Positions 13,618-26,596 are shown, counted from the first letter of the whole stretch. The stretch is DNA of 62,953 bases, filler included, from Reticulomyxa filosa (GCA_000512085.1; 28 parts of 28 records of this genome joined end to end with filler, not necessarily neighbours in it); one strand, 5' to 3'. The notes: generated by a model not told the origin, from the sequence alone. Made by a program: numbers and translations.

Positions 13618-15290
13618 ATGTCTAAAGAGAAATCAGCAACGGCAGAGGAAGAGAAAGATGAGAAGTCACCAAACCAAAGCCAAAGTCAAAGTCAAAGCCA
13701 AAGTCAAAGCCAGACTAGCATTACAGTCGGGACAGAGATCGAGTGGTACAATCTGAGCACTTCTCGCACACGCGAGTATGTTGATGCTGTAGACGAATAC
13801 AACAAAATATTAGAAGCTGAACGAATGAAAACAATCCTTAAAGATTTAAAAGTGTTGAATCTGTATCCAGAAATAAACGTTACTTCGCACCTGTGCAAAA
13901 TTAAAAGAAATAAAAAAGATTTCTTTGACGTGACTTTTGACAATCCAAAGAATAGATCAATGCTGGAATTCATTTCGTGTGTTGACAACGAATCGAATAA
14001 ATATAAAGGAGGCGTATTGCCCCGCAAAGAATTCTTTTCTGAAAAGAATATGATCGAAATATGGTACGCGATTAACGAGTTCAAAAAAGCGGTAATAAAT
14101 TTAAAAAAAGAAAAAGAAAAAAGACCATTCAAATATACAGTTGAACAAGTCATAGCTGGCAACCAGACGACATTTTATTTTGAGTTTCCTGCTTATGCAG
14201 TACCATTTTTTCAAGAGTGTGGCCTAATCGACTCTGAAGGACCTATTCATGTTACTCACAGCTACAATGTTGCTCACAAATTTGATGGTGACAAACTTAG
14301 CTCCAAAAAAAAAAGGTTTCTTTAGTATTTATACGGGCAACGAATCAAAGCCTAAGAACTTCTATTGGGGACAACCAGATTGAAAAGGGAGAAGACGTGT
14401 CCAATAACGGAACGAGAGATAAGTTTTCACCCAACCCAAAGACACCACTAGGACTTCTTGCCATAACAAAATTTGACGGTGATATCATCACCCTTCAGAC
14501 AGGCATTGGGGAAGTACTGTATCCTATGCATAATCAAGTACCGGAAGTTGCACAGGATGTTTTATTGTGCATTGAGGTACTCCGAGATAAAATACTGCCA
14601 AGACTACGAACAAACAATAATGAAAGAAGACTCCAGACAGCAAAACAAACACTTCTTAACACAATTAAGTACTGGAGCGAGGAACTTGTAAACGCTACGA
14701 AAAGTGAGAATACACAACTAACTAAAATTGTGACTGATGAACGCAGCTCAACTTTTAAGGGGCTGCTTAATGAGAAATCGCTCCAGGAGCTAGAAGAACT
14801 GCAAAATGATGCTAGTACGACGAGTGTCGTTGGAAGCGTCGAAAATAAAATCATGAAACCTATCGATGCACGTACTATACTCGCAGAGCATCGTCAATTT
14901 GATGGCCTATTCAATCTCGCCATATATCAGGCCATACAGAGCATTAGAAAGAATCCGGAACCTGGAGCACTTAAAGGCTTGGTAATTAATTGTAATAATG
15001 TGGACTATAAATGGAAGGATATACCAAAAATATTTGACAAAATAAAATCGGAAGCAAATACAAAAACTTCGAAAGGAAAGATTTTGTTTACCTCGATGCT
15101 AGGCACAGAGGATAGTAAAGACTTAGAGGATACAACACTTTGCACTACGTATAACCTTATCACTACTGAACTGATATTGAAATTAAGAATTAAGTCCCTT
15201 GGCTTAGATAATCAAATTCAAGTCCTAGGGAAAGGATATTTCATCAATCAACAGTTAAATAATATCAAGCGGCTTGTCAATATTGCCAAG
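13618..15290 (+). CDS. Intronless ~557+ aa protein with glutamine-synthetase/GCS-fold (ACD-like) ligase motifs; frameshift at A10 run 14305-14314; 3'-partial
   Basis: ORFs 13618-14325 and 14397-15290 join if the A10 run is shifted by -1; the frame is open from 14301. Motifs in order: GTEIE, VTFD, LEFIS, HVT, KTPLGLLAITKF, LAEHR. Confidence 0.55.
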
Positions 15291-15898
15291 NNNNNNNNNN
15301 NNNNNNNNNNNNNNNNNNNNNNNNNNNNNNNNNNTTAATTAATTAANNNNNNNNNNNNNNNNNNNNNNNNNNNNNNNNNNNNNNNNNNNNCTGCGGTAGT
15401 CTTTCCTATTGTGAGATAGGGTTGGGTTTGTTTGTTTTGCTTTTTTTTTTTAATCTTCTTGTTTCTCATGTGCTGTTCTTCGTACACAATTCCCAAACCC
15501 AAAGTTGGCTTCAATATTGGACTAACACAAGTTACCAGAAAAAATTGTCTCGGGAAGAAAATGCTGTGACTTCCCAATTTAAGCCAGATGCTCTTCTGCA
15601 TGTTGCTCGACCTAATAATGATCCTGCGCCAAGAACAGTAATATGAAATCGCATTATTGGACCAAAGAAGAAAGAACTGAGTGAGACATTAACGAACCCT
15701 TTGGCAGTGCGTACTTTTCAAAAAAACACTGCTATTTTATGTTGGGAATTATATTTATCTACACATATTTTTTTTTTAGTGGTTTGCTTTTGAATAAAAG
15801 TTTAGTTAAAATGTATCGTAGTTTTAGTTTCAGAATATGTATGCTGTTTTTTTAAAAGAATTAAAAAAAAAAAAAAAAAAAGGTAGACAGAAGGTGCT

Positions 15899-17036
15899 TT
15901 AGACAACTCGATTAAAGAAAGGTGAGGCAACCCATAACACTCCGATGACAATTGCAAAAATACTAGCCATCGTAGACAATTTGCGTGGCAAGTCTTTGCT
16001 AGTTTGGGCCAACCTCATCCCCAGATATCCCAAACCCATAGTAACCACACTCATGCTTAAAAGCGTGCCCACACAAAAAGCAACTAAAAACATTACCCCA
16101 GAGATAACTTCGGCAAACGCCAAGGCAGGTAACACGCCCAAGTATGTCCTTGCCCGCTGACTCCATGGATGACCCCTGTGAAGAAAATAGTCCTATTGGT
16201 GCCGGTCAGCAAGGACTCCATATTTGCTTCGCTCTGTTCTTTCCGTTTGATACAAGGCTCCAAAGTCCAGTGATAGAGAAACGCACCGACACGGCGCACT
16301 TCATTGCGGAACACCGTAAGGCTATGACTCCAAAAGTTTGGAGCTACTTGGGATTTGCTGGCTCCCAGTTTGGGCTCCGCAAGGTATGGAAAGGAGTCAC
16401 CTTCAGAAGTGGAGCCACTCAATATCTGTTCCGATACTTTGTTGGACTCTGGATCGGAAGAAAAAAAGAGCCACTTTTTTTGGATACCTCTTCATCGTCG
16501 TCCAAAGGGAGAGAGGAGTAATGCAGCTTTGATCGGGAACAACGATTAAAATTTACACGCTGAAGGCCTAATAGACCGATCAGTATCAATGAAATACCCA
16601 CCACGAGCTCCATGTAGTCACTCAATGCTTTGATGTCAAAGTAGTTTTTCAATACCACCCCGATTACTCCGACTATAGAACATCCTAGTCCATGACCTTT
16701 TTTTTTTTGTGTATATGTATGTTTTTTTTTTTTTAGCTCTTTCCTTCGATTGTTATCACTCTCTTTTTATATTGCCTTTGCATACCTAGACCCCATAGTG
16801 CACCTATATTGTATCGGTTTCATCACACGAACTTGTCGATTTATTATTTGTAAGGAAGGAGGCAAGGGGGGGAGGGGGGGGAGAGCGGGAGTTGTTGAAA
16901 GTACACACAACGTACCTTGCTTGTAGGCTGAAGCGCCCTTACTCAGAGAAAGGGGCAACAATGCGGCTAAATGATCCACGCCACTGATAGCGTGGAAACC
17001 TCCTGCTAAAAATCCAGTCCACCAAACATCTAACAT
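15899..17036 (-). CDS. NicO/UreH-like (HoxN/HupN superfamily) Ni/Co transporter-like membrane protein
   Basis: 'GFLAGGFHAISGVDHLAALLP', 'WGLGHG', 'GVIHGVSG.GH.LGVLPAL'; multiple TM segments; introns and apparent frameshifts. Confidence 0.75.
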
Positions 17037-17426
17037 TTTTATTATTTTATTTTCCTTTTTGTTGTTTTCTCGCCACTCCCCTTTTGACTGCACAAGTACC
17101 CTGTTCTCTGTTTTTCATTTTCCAAAGAATGTTCCATCGTTTAGAGATATAATGAGATATTTTCCTCATCCTAATTGAAGCAAAGATTATGTCTTTCCTC
17201 TTTTTGGTCTTTGTAACAATCATCACATTCTTACGTGCAAGCAGCAGTACGAAGCGAGTTTGAAAGGATGATTGTTACAATGCTATACCTCGACCCAAGC
17301 AACAGAATTGGCAAAACCAGCACACAAAACTGTCGATTTGGAGAGGGATACACTTTGTGCCACAACATCCAAAGACACTTTGTATAAAAAAAAAAAAAAT
17401 TCCTTTTAATCGCGCTCTCTTAAAAA

Positions 17427-17575
17427 ATGAGTAAAGATGAACTGGTCTCTTTGCCACTGGGCAAGTATGAAAAAGCAGGTGAAGGATATCTCATACCTAC
17501 TCCTCCGCTAGTAAATAATTATACTGAGGATGAGATGTTGCAGTCAGTGTTGCGCAGAGTGTTGCCAAACCACGT
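17427..17575 (+). CDS. Possible N-terminus of AidB-like acyl-CoA dehydrogenase (first exon only)
   Basis: 'PPLVNNYTEDEMLQSVLRRVLP' resembles the N-terminal motif of AidB-like ACADs. Short and truncated by the contig end. Confidence 0.4.
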
Positions 17576-17916
17576 TATGCAAAAAAAAAAAAAAAAAANN
17601 NNNNNNNNNNNNNNNNNNNNNNNNNNNNNNNNNNNNNNNNNNTTAATTAATTAANNNNNNNNNNNNNNNNNNNNNNNNNNNNNNNNNNNNNNNNNNNNAT
17701 AACGTATTTGATATTTTTTCATCACTACTTTTGTCTTGTCTGTCCTTTTTTTTAAGAAGAAAAATGTGTTTGTTTTTCCTCCACATTGTACAGTTAAAGT
17801 GAACGTTCTTCTGTCTCTTTTTTTTTTTTATTAAAAAAAAGAATTGAATATATTTGATCTTGGTCTTGTTGCACAATTTGATTGAATCAGAAATAAATCT
17901 TAAAGAAAAAAAAAAA

Positions 17917-19223
17917 ATGCAATCTGGAAAAAGTGTTCCTCGTCATTTTGGCTTTCTCTCGCCTTTACAGCGTTGGATAGTAGGAGGACTGACGTTGTGG
18001 GTGATGGTGTATGGAAACATCCAAACGCGAGCATTTTCGGAGAAAATACTGGACAACGGTGTACAAGGAAGGGCTTTGATCCTCGAGCATGGTTGGATCA
18101 GCAATCGCCACATAGATTTATCTGACATTCAATACCGTAATTTCCGAGCGTCGTTAGGCACCCAAGTTGTATTGGCGATTGTGTACCTTGTGTTATCCAA
18201 AACGGTTCAATTTTTTGTCCAACGAAATTGTTGCACTTCGTCTTCCTTCACCACCACCACCACCACCATTACAACTGCAGCATCTACATCCAATGACACA
18301 GCTCCGACTAGCCCGAGATTTTTGCATGAGTTTTACCCAAAGTTTTTTTTTTAAGCTCATTATAAATATATACATATATGTATATGATATGTTATGCATG
18401 CTATATCAATGGACTCTTAAAAACAATAGAAACGAACGCCATTGGCCATTGCTATGGTTTTACGCGATAACCGGTGTTTGCATTGCGACGGCGATCCACG
18501 GGACATCGATATTGTTTATGTTGATTCTGTTGGTGGTCAATTACTATATTGGAGTGTTGATCGGCCATTGGAAAGGAAGAGGAGGAGGAGGAGGAGGAGG
18601 CGAAGCAATGAAACGCGATCCACTGGGAAACGACAAAAACAAAAATGAAAGCAAAGAGGACGAACTACTCGGCAGCATGACCATTCTAACATGGCTCTAC
18701 AATGTCGCCGTTATCGCTTTTCTCTATGGTCTGTGCTCGCCTGACATGTTCACCTTCGCTTATTGGCTGGGACCAAAGTATCACTGGATTGACGAGTGCA
18801 TTCCTGGACATTTGAATTGGATTTCAAGTTTGCTTGTTTTCATCTTTTTTTTTTTTTTTTTTATTTTTTTTACTTATTTTATTTTGTTTTTGTGCTCCAC
18901 TCTTATTTCGTGAACAAACTAATTTCATGATCCACTTGCATGTACTACGTATATAAGAATTTGTCATATAATACATACCCATTAATACCTAACAATAATG
19001 ATAATACATAAAGTCTACCGCTTTATGGCTTTAAAATGCATCAGCTTCAATATGGACCGAATGTATGTTCGACAAAAAAAAATGTTGTTTCGCTCCTCAT
19101 TTGATATCACTTTTTTAAGTGAAGAGAGAGACTTCAATTTTGTGTCATATTTGGGCTATTGCTTCTATATCCCTGTATACTTTGCTGGGCCGATTATTAG
19201 TTTCCATGATTGGATGTCTCAAG
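17917..19223 (+). CDS. MBOAT-family acyltransferase (GUP1/HHAT-like), 3'-partial
   Basis: 'DLSDIQYRNFR', 'FMALKCISFNMD', 'YLGYCFYIPVYFAGPIISFHDW'; three exons. Confidence 0.87.
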
Positions 19224-19357
19224 TTATGATTTTTTTTTTTTGTAAAAAAAAAAAAAANNNNNNNNNNNNNNNNNNNNNNNNNNNNNNNNNNNNNNNNNNN
19301 NTTAATTAATTAANNNNNNNNNNNNNNNNNNNNNNNNNNNNNNNNNNNNNNNNNNNN

Positions 19358-19880
19358 TTCTACAAAACAACAGCATTTGATATTTTTGTTTATTTATTTT
19401 CATCATTTCTTGTCCTTGTCCATTTTCTGTATTTAATACAAAGCAATGGTATTGAACATAATCACTTGTTGGTAAAGTATCATGTTTTATAAATTGAAAT
19501 GTATTCAAATCAAATACACTAATATTATTTTTGTAATAAGTGATAAATAACAAATTATTGTTGATCCCGCCAATCACTGCACGCACTCCTCGATACTCAT
19601 TATCTCTTCCAATGACAATTGGATGCTTGTGATTGTCTGTGAAAGGAACCCATTGATTGTAATTGTTTGCTTTCTTATTTTTTTTTGATATATTACTCCA
19701 AATACTTACATATTTCATCACCAATTTGTGTTTTAAATATCCACTAAAAGACAATAAAATGATTTGATTTGTCTTTGTTGTTATCTACAGTTTCACTACA
19801 CAGTGTCCAATTAACATAACATGACTTGGATACTCACAGAAAAACTTATATTCGTTTCTGATTGCATGATAAGAATAACA
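19358..19880 (-). pseudogene. Degenerate Kelch/beta-propeller-like repeat family fragment
   Basis: 'NQWVPFTDNHKHPIVIGR...GVRAVIGGINNNLLFITY...ISVFDLNTFQFIKH'; the upstream part is broken by frameshifts. Confidence 0.6.
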
Positions 19881-20097
19881 AACTCTTTGTTGCATGATTA
19901 AAAAAAAGTATTTAAGTGAAATTTCTAAGTATTCAAGAGTGATACTTTGCTACTTGTTAGAAACAAAATACACCAGTTACTGCACAACAAATAAAAATTG
20001 GTGTTTTGAGAGGAAAAAAAAACAGACAAAACAACACAACACAAACATCTTTATGTAGAAAAGGAAAAACCTAAACAACTTGATACACATAATATTT

Positions 20098-20357
20098 TTA
20101 GTCCATGTCCTCCTCAACCATTGTAATCTTATGTCGTGCTAATGGTCTAACTCTTTTCTCTACCAAATAATCAACTTTTTCGAGCCATTTATCTCGGGTG
20201 TATTGGTTGGGAGCTTTCAATACAGTGTGTTCATGTGGTCCAATACAATAAAATAGTTGTTCTGGTTTGCCCAATTCACGTTTTAACATTGGTGGGGCCA
20301 GGCTCTTCTTGCGTCGAACTAATTTCTTTAATTTTTCCACACATTTGATTTGATCTT
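20098..20357 (-). CDS. C-terminal fragment with PH-domain-like end
   Basis: 'TVLKAPNQYTRDKWLEKV' matches the terminal strand-helix (L.A.....W...) of PH domains. Confidence 0.45.
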
Positions 20358-21211
20358 NNNNNNNNNNNNNNNNNNNNNNNNNNNNNNNNNNNNNNNNNNN
20401 NTTAATTAATTAANNNNNNNNNNNNNNNNNNNNNNNNNNNNNNNNNNNNNNNNNNNNAAAATAATTTTTTATTATATTATTACACAATATATGTTTTGTG
20501 TTGATGGAACAAAATATATTTGTTTTAAACGTTTTAAATTCATCCAACACACGCATTCGATGCAACTCGATATCAGTCCGGCAAAAATCTTGGTCGTTTT
20601 TATTCCATACTTGCAAAATTGTATACTCGTCTGTAGTCTCGCCGCCATATGTTAGTACCAATTGCTCCAATTTACTCAATTGAGACGCGTCTAGCGTCTT
20701 AATTACATCCCTTCTTCTCAATCTGGTCACAAGATTACAACCAATCTAAAAAAAAAAAACTTACTCCGTTTTTTTTTTTCAAGTCCACCTTTTTAGTCCA
20801 GCCTTTTCCGCGTTATGTCGGCATAACATCTCGTCGTCAAGTTTACCGCTTCGCTTCTGGAGCAAATCTGTTTTATGTACCTTTCCATATTGCTTTCTTG
20901 GACTATTACTTGGCATTTTAAAAAATGGGGTTGTTAGCTCTGAGAATTGTTCCAAAAAAAAAAAAAAAAAAGGGCTAACGCTATGTCTGTCTTAGTGTCA
21001 GCAGCGATGACACATAAAGTTGATAATCGTAGTGAAGAAATGTCTCACACTATTTTTACATGGCATATCTTTTATGGATTTCTTTTATTTGCCAATCAAG
21101 CTTATAAATTGCAACCTTATTTTATTTCTCTTTCATTTCTCTATGCTGTAATTTGCCAGTGTTTTTTCTCTCTGTCTAAAACAGGCAAAAAGGGGAAGCA
21201 AAGTCCAAAAA

Positions 21212-21797
21212 ATGATTCCCGGGCGTTATGGACGAAGAGTATATTTGCAATGCACTTCAGCATTATCATCATCATCATCAAGACAATTGTGTGGAAGATT
21301 ATTCCAAAATAGTAACTTCCATAACAGCACGGCGGCCTCAGAGCCAAAGGCAACGCTCGAAGGCAGCGCCGACGACCTATCCCTAACAAAAGAGATTACG
21401 GACATTGGAAACGTGAAAATTGATCAGTTGCAAAGTGTAAAATGGTACCAAAAAAGCCCGGAAGAGTTTTCAAATATGGCCTCGATGTCAGCGGACGCAC
21501 CTACGCATTCTCAGCCCAGACGGTTAAAAAAAAAAAAACATTGACCCCTTTTTTTTTTTAATTTAAAAAAAAAAATAAATAATAATAATAATAGACTTTT
21601 TCCTATCTCCAGTGTTGCCAGTGAAAAGCACACAGTTTCTAATAGACTGGTGTAGCGACTACCTTCCTTATTGGGCAGTGGTGATCGCGCTTCCGTGGGT
21701 TACGAAAGCGCTTATCAGCATCCCGGTGACCATTATCAATTCCCGCAAGCATGAAAAGCTCATGCCATTTGTGCCCGACGCCATGCGCGAAATGCTT
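21212..21797 (+). CDS. Oxa1/Cox18/YidC-family mitochondrial insertase, N-terminal part
   Basis: Arg/Ser-rich presequence. Exon 2 'LPVKSTQFLIDWCSDYLPYWAVVIALPWVTKALISIPVTI' matches the first TM region of Oxa1/YidC. Confidence 0.65.
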
Positions 21798-21914
21798 GTT
21801 CGCAATTTTTTTTTNNNNNNNNNNNNNNNNNNNNNNNNNNNNNNNNNNNNNNNNNNNNTTAATTAATTAANNNNNNNNNNNNNNNNNNNNNNNNNNNNNN
21901 NNNNNNNNNNNNNN

Positions 21915-22834
21915 GGCCAGTGGTGAACATCTCTCGCAGGACTCCGATGCGCTTTCCGACGAGCGAGGGCGAGGAGACTTTCTCCGCCAAATCCTTCGCG
22001 GGAAAGTGTCCGATGCCGTCGAAGGTCATCAGGTCCTCCGCATCCCAGCCGGCGATGACGGCGAGGGTGGCCGCGGCGTCGTAGACGTGTCGGGTCATTG
22101 GGCCGGCACGGTCTTGGGTGGGGCCGCGGGGGACGATGCCCGTGCGGGTTACGAGCCCTTGCGTGGCCACGATACCCACGAGGCTATTGTAGGAGGAGGG
22201 AATCTGCACGGAGCCACCGGTGTCGGTGCCGATCCCAATGGTCGCGAACCAGGCCGCGATGGCGGCGCCGGTCCCGTTGGAGGAACCGCCGGGGGCTATG
22301 GGCCAAGTTGTACGGGTTTAACGTCGCGCCGATGGGATGTTGATTGAAGCCGTCGTTGCCGAACCAGTTCACCGTCGAAACTTTGGCCAGCACAATGGCG
22401 CCGGCGGCTTTGAGTCGTTCAACCACGCCAGCGTCGCGCACGGGCACGGGCGTACCGAAGGGCTTGAACCCGGAGGTGGTGGGTAGCCCCTTCACATCGA
22501 TCAGATCTTTGATGACGACGGGAATGCCGTGCAGGGGTGAGCGTCGCCCTTTGGTCTTACGCTCCTCATCCAACGCTTTGGCTTCCGCCTTGGCGTCTGG
22601 GTTGAGGTAGAGGACGGCGTTGATCTTCGGACCTGCTTTGTCGTAGGCCGCGATACGGGCCAAGTAGAGGTCGATGAGCTTTTCAGAGGACAAAGCCCCG
22701 GCGTCGAGGGCGGCATTGATTTGCCGCAGATCAGCGGTGGCGAGATCGAACTCGGCCGCGCGCAGAGCGCCGGAGCCAAGGGAGAGGCTCGCACTGAGGA
22801 GCGCGAGGCGGAGGAGTTTCGGCAGAGAACGCAT
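21915..22834 (-). CDS. Bacterial amidase-signature (AS) family amidase with signal peptide; 1-nt frameshift at ~22291; 3'-partial
   Basis: GC-rich and intronless. 'LHGIPVVIKD', 'T.NPYN...SPGGSSNG', 'GIGTDTGGSVQIP' provide the Lys-Ser-Ser triad. An extra C in a homopolymer splits the two ORFs. Confidence 0.92.
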
Positions 22835-23141
22835 GGCAATTAGTAGGTGAAGCGGTCAGTGGGAAGCGCGGGAGTGGAGGCGGGGGGGACCCGACGGGTG
22901 GGAAGCCGTGTTCGTAGGCGTAGGCGAATCTTGAGAATTTCCAGGTCTGTGTGCNNNNNNNNNNNNNNNNNNNNNNNNNNNNNNNNNNNNNNNNNNNNTT
23001 AATTAATTAANNNNNNNNNNNNNNNNNNNNNNNNNNNNNNNNNNNNNNNNNNNNCAAATACGCAGGTATGCGCAAAAATTGGTACAAGCAAAAAGCCTTC
23101 CCCCCTCCCCCCCCCCCTCTTCCTCTTTTCAAACTTTTTTT

Positions 23142-23507
23142 TCATAGCAAAGCATAAGCTATACCAGCAAAAAGAAATCCTGCTTTGATCACTGTTAAAA
23201 AAACAATTCCTTTCGCTTTGGCTAATACCCACTTCGGAATTATTTCTTCTTCTTTTATCTCTTGGTCAAAAATCTTTGGGTGTAAGTATCTCTCAAATGA
23301 TATTCGTGCTTGCTTGAGTTGTCCTGCTAATGACAGTCGGTTCTTTGATTTGGCTACTGCATCTTTGGACATGGCTTGCGTTTTTTTTTGGACATTTGCC
23401 GTGAAGATATACAATTTTTCTTTTCGTGTAAGTTCGCGAGAGTCTGAAGTATTTGTATTCTCTTCATTTCCAACCTCAGAGTCCAATGCTTGAGACATTT
23501 TCTGCAA
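23142..23507 (-). CDS. SYLF/Ysc84 (SH3YL1-like) lipid/actin-binding domain protein, partial
   Basis: 'IIPKWVLAKAKGIVFLTVIKAGFLFAG' is the SYLF N-terminal motif. Confidence 0.85.
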   Translation of the reverse strand: MQKMSQALDSEVGNEENTNTSDSRELTRKEKLYIFTANVQKKTQAMSKDAVAKSKNRLSLAGQLKQARISFERYLHPKIFDQEIKEEEIIPKWVLAKAKGIVFLTVIKAGFLFAGIAYALL

Positions 23508-23869
23508 TTATTGCACTTTTTCAACTTTGTTTTTGAAAGCCCTTGTTGCAATTCGACCTAATTTCTGTATTAAGTGAGCCAGTAATACTCAAAACAAATG
23601 TTTTACATATATACATGCTTATACACAAAAATTGATCTGTTCCAGTTTGTGAAAAAACTCCCATGATGGACGAGAAAGTATGGTGAGGACAAATTAATAA
23701 TGTATTGTAATTACTTGCATTACTTGCAAAGAAAAAAGGATCTTGACTTACAAATACTTGCGAATGAAAGGACGTAGTGGATTTTGATACTCACGTCGTT
23801 GTGAAGCTTTTTGAAGAGCAATTTCGAACTAAAAAAAGAAAATTATCGGTGCAATTTGGAGGTGAATCA

Positions 23870-24494
23870 ATGGATCGTACAAGAAATAGTATTGACGATG
23901 GAAGAAGTATAACAGGATCAAGGGGAAACAAAACCCTGGAACGACCGTGAGTTCGAGCGATGCGAAGAAGACGACGTTCGATAAACAGCGGATGCACTCA
24001 GCACCAGTGAAACCCAATGACTACGTAAACATTGGTATGGCAAGCCTGAACCCTTCAATAAACGAACAAAAAGCGAACGAGACATTAGATCAATCCTTGA
24101 GAATCGATCCAAGAAGCAAAAGAGCAAATACCAACCCTTTTGACACACCGAACAACGCAACCCGTGAAGCGTCAAAGTCTGAAGTATGTAATCATATGTT
24201 ACTTTTATAACAAGCACATTTTTTTACATATTCGAACAGCAATGCATACGTACATTTCATGTGCACTATTTATATGTGTCCATATATGTGTATAAAATAT
24301 ATGCAATATATAACACGAGTCTTTTTTTTTTTTTTTGAAAGGCATCTAAACCAAGTGATTTGCGACCGCCTCACCACACGCGTACCGAGTATCAATTTTC
24401 GATAGACAAAGGTAAACAAGGATCGTATGAGCGACTGAACTGCAATCAACCAGAGACCGAGTATATCCATAGAAAATCGTATGAAAAAAGAAAG
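23870..24494 (+). CDS. Hypothetical protein, partial, multi-exon
   Basis: ORFs 23947-24210 and 24360-24575 separated by an AT-rich intron-like segment. Confidence 0.35.
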
Positions 24495-24659
24495 GTGCCT
24501 TTTTTTTTAAAAAAAAAAAAAAAAAAANNNNNNNNNNNNNNNNNNNNNNNNNNNNNNNNNNNNNNNNNNNNTTAATTAATTAANNNNNNNNNNNNNNNNN
24601 NNNNNNNNNNNNNNNNNNNNNNNNNNNCACTAAAAAAAAAAAAAAACAAAACAAAACTG

Positions 24660-25396
24660 AAGGTGCTTGTTCTTTTTTTTCTTGATTGTCTTGTTGTTGG
24701 GTTTTTTCATTTGTGTTCTTCTCGTTGTCGTCGATGTCAAATGAATACACTTCACTGAACTTTCCTTCGGCTATGTACATACACAATGCACCTGATATAT
24801 CGTCACCAATCACACCCAAAAAACAATCTTGCTCTACATTGCTGGGATAAGGTCCTGGCATTCCTGTGCAGTTGTTTTTTTTTTTTTTTTTTTAATGTAC
24901 GTATACAAAAAGAAATTCTGTCTCTCACATAATCTTTTAAATACAAACATATAATACCCTTTGCTACGCCTGCATTAATCCAACGTCCAACCAACACTTC
25001 CAATCTTTTTCGAAAGTCCAGTGACGATGGGTCCGTCCGATAGATCTGAATCAATGCATTCGTCCACATTGGGGTTGTCAGTGAAATCAATTCTTTGTCC
25101 ACTACTTCTTTCACCAATTCTGTCCATGTAGGTTTACAATTCTCCAAACACTTCATTATTTTGCTTAGACCTCCACACCAAAATTGAATTATTGTCTGTG
25201 GGTTGTACACTGTTTTGCCGTACTCTTTATTTAACAACTCCAACACGCAATGCACCATAAAAGGAGCCATTATCGGGCTATGCGTCATCTCAAAGATTTT
25301 TGGATTAAAATTGAAACCTTTTGACGCTGTACCTTCTGTTTCATCATCTTTCGTTTTGGATTTGTTGGCTGAAGAAGTTTGCTTTGGATCTGACAT
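24660..25396 (-). CDS. Hypothetical protein, 3'-partial
   Basis: 197-aa ORF plus a downstream exon after an intron (~24865-24930). Confidence 0.5.
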
Positions 25397-25990
25397 ATTT
25401 GAACCTTTTAGTTTAATTGTTTTTCGTCTCTCCTTTTCCTCAAAGGTTTTTTAAGTTTGTGGTCGTTTGTCTACTCCAATATTTGAGCATAAAAACAACC
25501 AAAAATAATGCATATTTTATCGTTTCTACTTACAGGATTGCTGGTATTTGCCTTCGGACTCAAAGGGAGAAACAGATCCAGAAAAAATCTCGTCTATTTG
25601 TTTAATCCTGTAAGGATTTACTTTAGTTTCAGTATCACTTTAGGGGTTTGTATTAGAAATAGCGTTGTATTGCCTTTTTTGGGAGCGGATATGTCAGACG
25701 CAACTAATCCAGCAACAGTTAAGAGACCTGCACTCAAATGAAAATGGCCAAATACATTGGACTTGATTGCAATGGACAATGCACAATAAACACAGCCAGA
25801 AATTCAGGCAAAGTTCCTTAAGTTGTGGAGTGATGGAAATAAAAATGAATTTAAGAAGCAAATGAAGAATTTCATGACAACAGTTATAAAAAAAAAAGAA
25901 GAAGAAGAGGCACACATATTACATCTCATCTGTTTCTTGCCAGCATTTTTAATTGCTGCCTCTCTGCAATAGCACGAAGCTTATTTCCAT

Positions 25991-26596
25991 ATGATGGACT
26001 TGAACAGTGGGAGCGGCTCACAGCACAATGTATCAAGAGCATATTTTATAGAACGGTTTAAATCTTCCTTGCAAGAAGATTTGAGCAACGCGTTATTTTC
26101 ATGTATTTCAGGTGGAAAAGATAGTTGTTCGGTTTCAAACATTCGTGTTTTTTTTTATGGAAAGCAAGTTTCCGTCAAACAAAAAGAGATTGTCAAAGTT
26201 AACATATTTCATTACGAATTTTACTTTACTTTTTTTTTTTTTTTTTAAATTTAATTTAATGGTATTGTTATTTGCAAGGACCCCCCCCCCTTTTATATAT
26301 TTACATATGTGAATATACATATATGTATATATGTGTATGTTATTTGCATGTAACAAAAGGATGCAAAATGGCTTTGGGAGAGATTGCAGACGTTGGATTT
26401 GAAAGATATTGACGACGACGATAATTTGAAAATTGAAAGACAAGAATTGCGAAACTACTTTAAAGATGACTTGGATATCGCATTGGTCGATGCCATCTTT
26501 GACTCCATCGACGCCGATGGGAGTGGTCACATTACACCAATGGAATATTTCAAATGGAGAAGCAACTCCAAGCTTTCCTCTATTCAACGAATTATG
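25991..26596 (+). CDS. EF-hand calcium-binding protein, partial
   Basis: 'IDDDDNLKIERQE' and canonical 'FDSIDADGSGHITPMEY' EF-hand loops. Confidence 0.75.

Noticed and set aside
14305-14315. Programmed -1 frameshift at A_AAA_AAG (and at 40038-40044)
   Set aside because: Cannot be excluded, but homopolymer indels also break the ULK kinase (~10713) and the amidase (~22291), so sequencing error is the simpler explanation.
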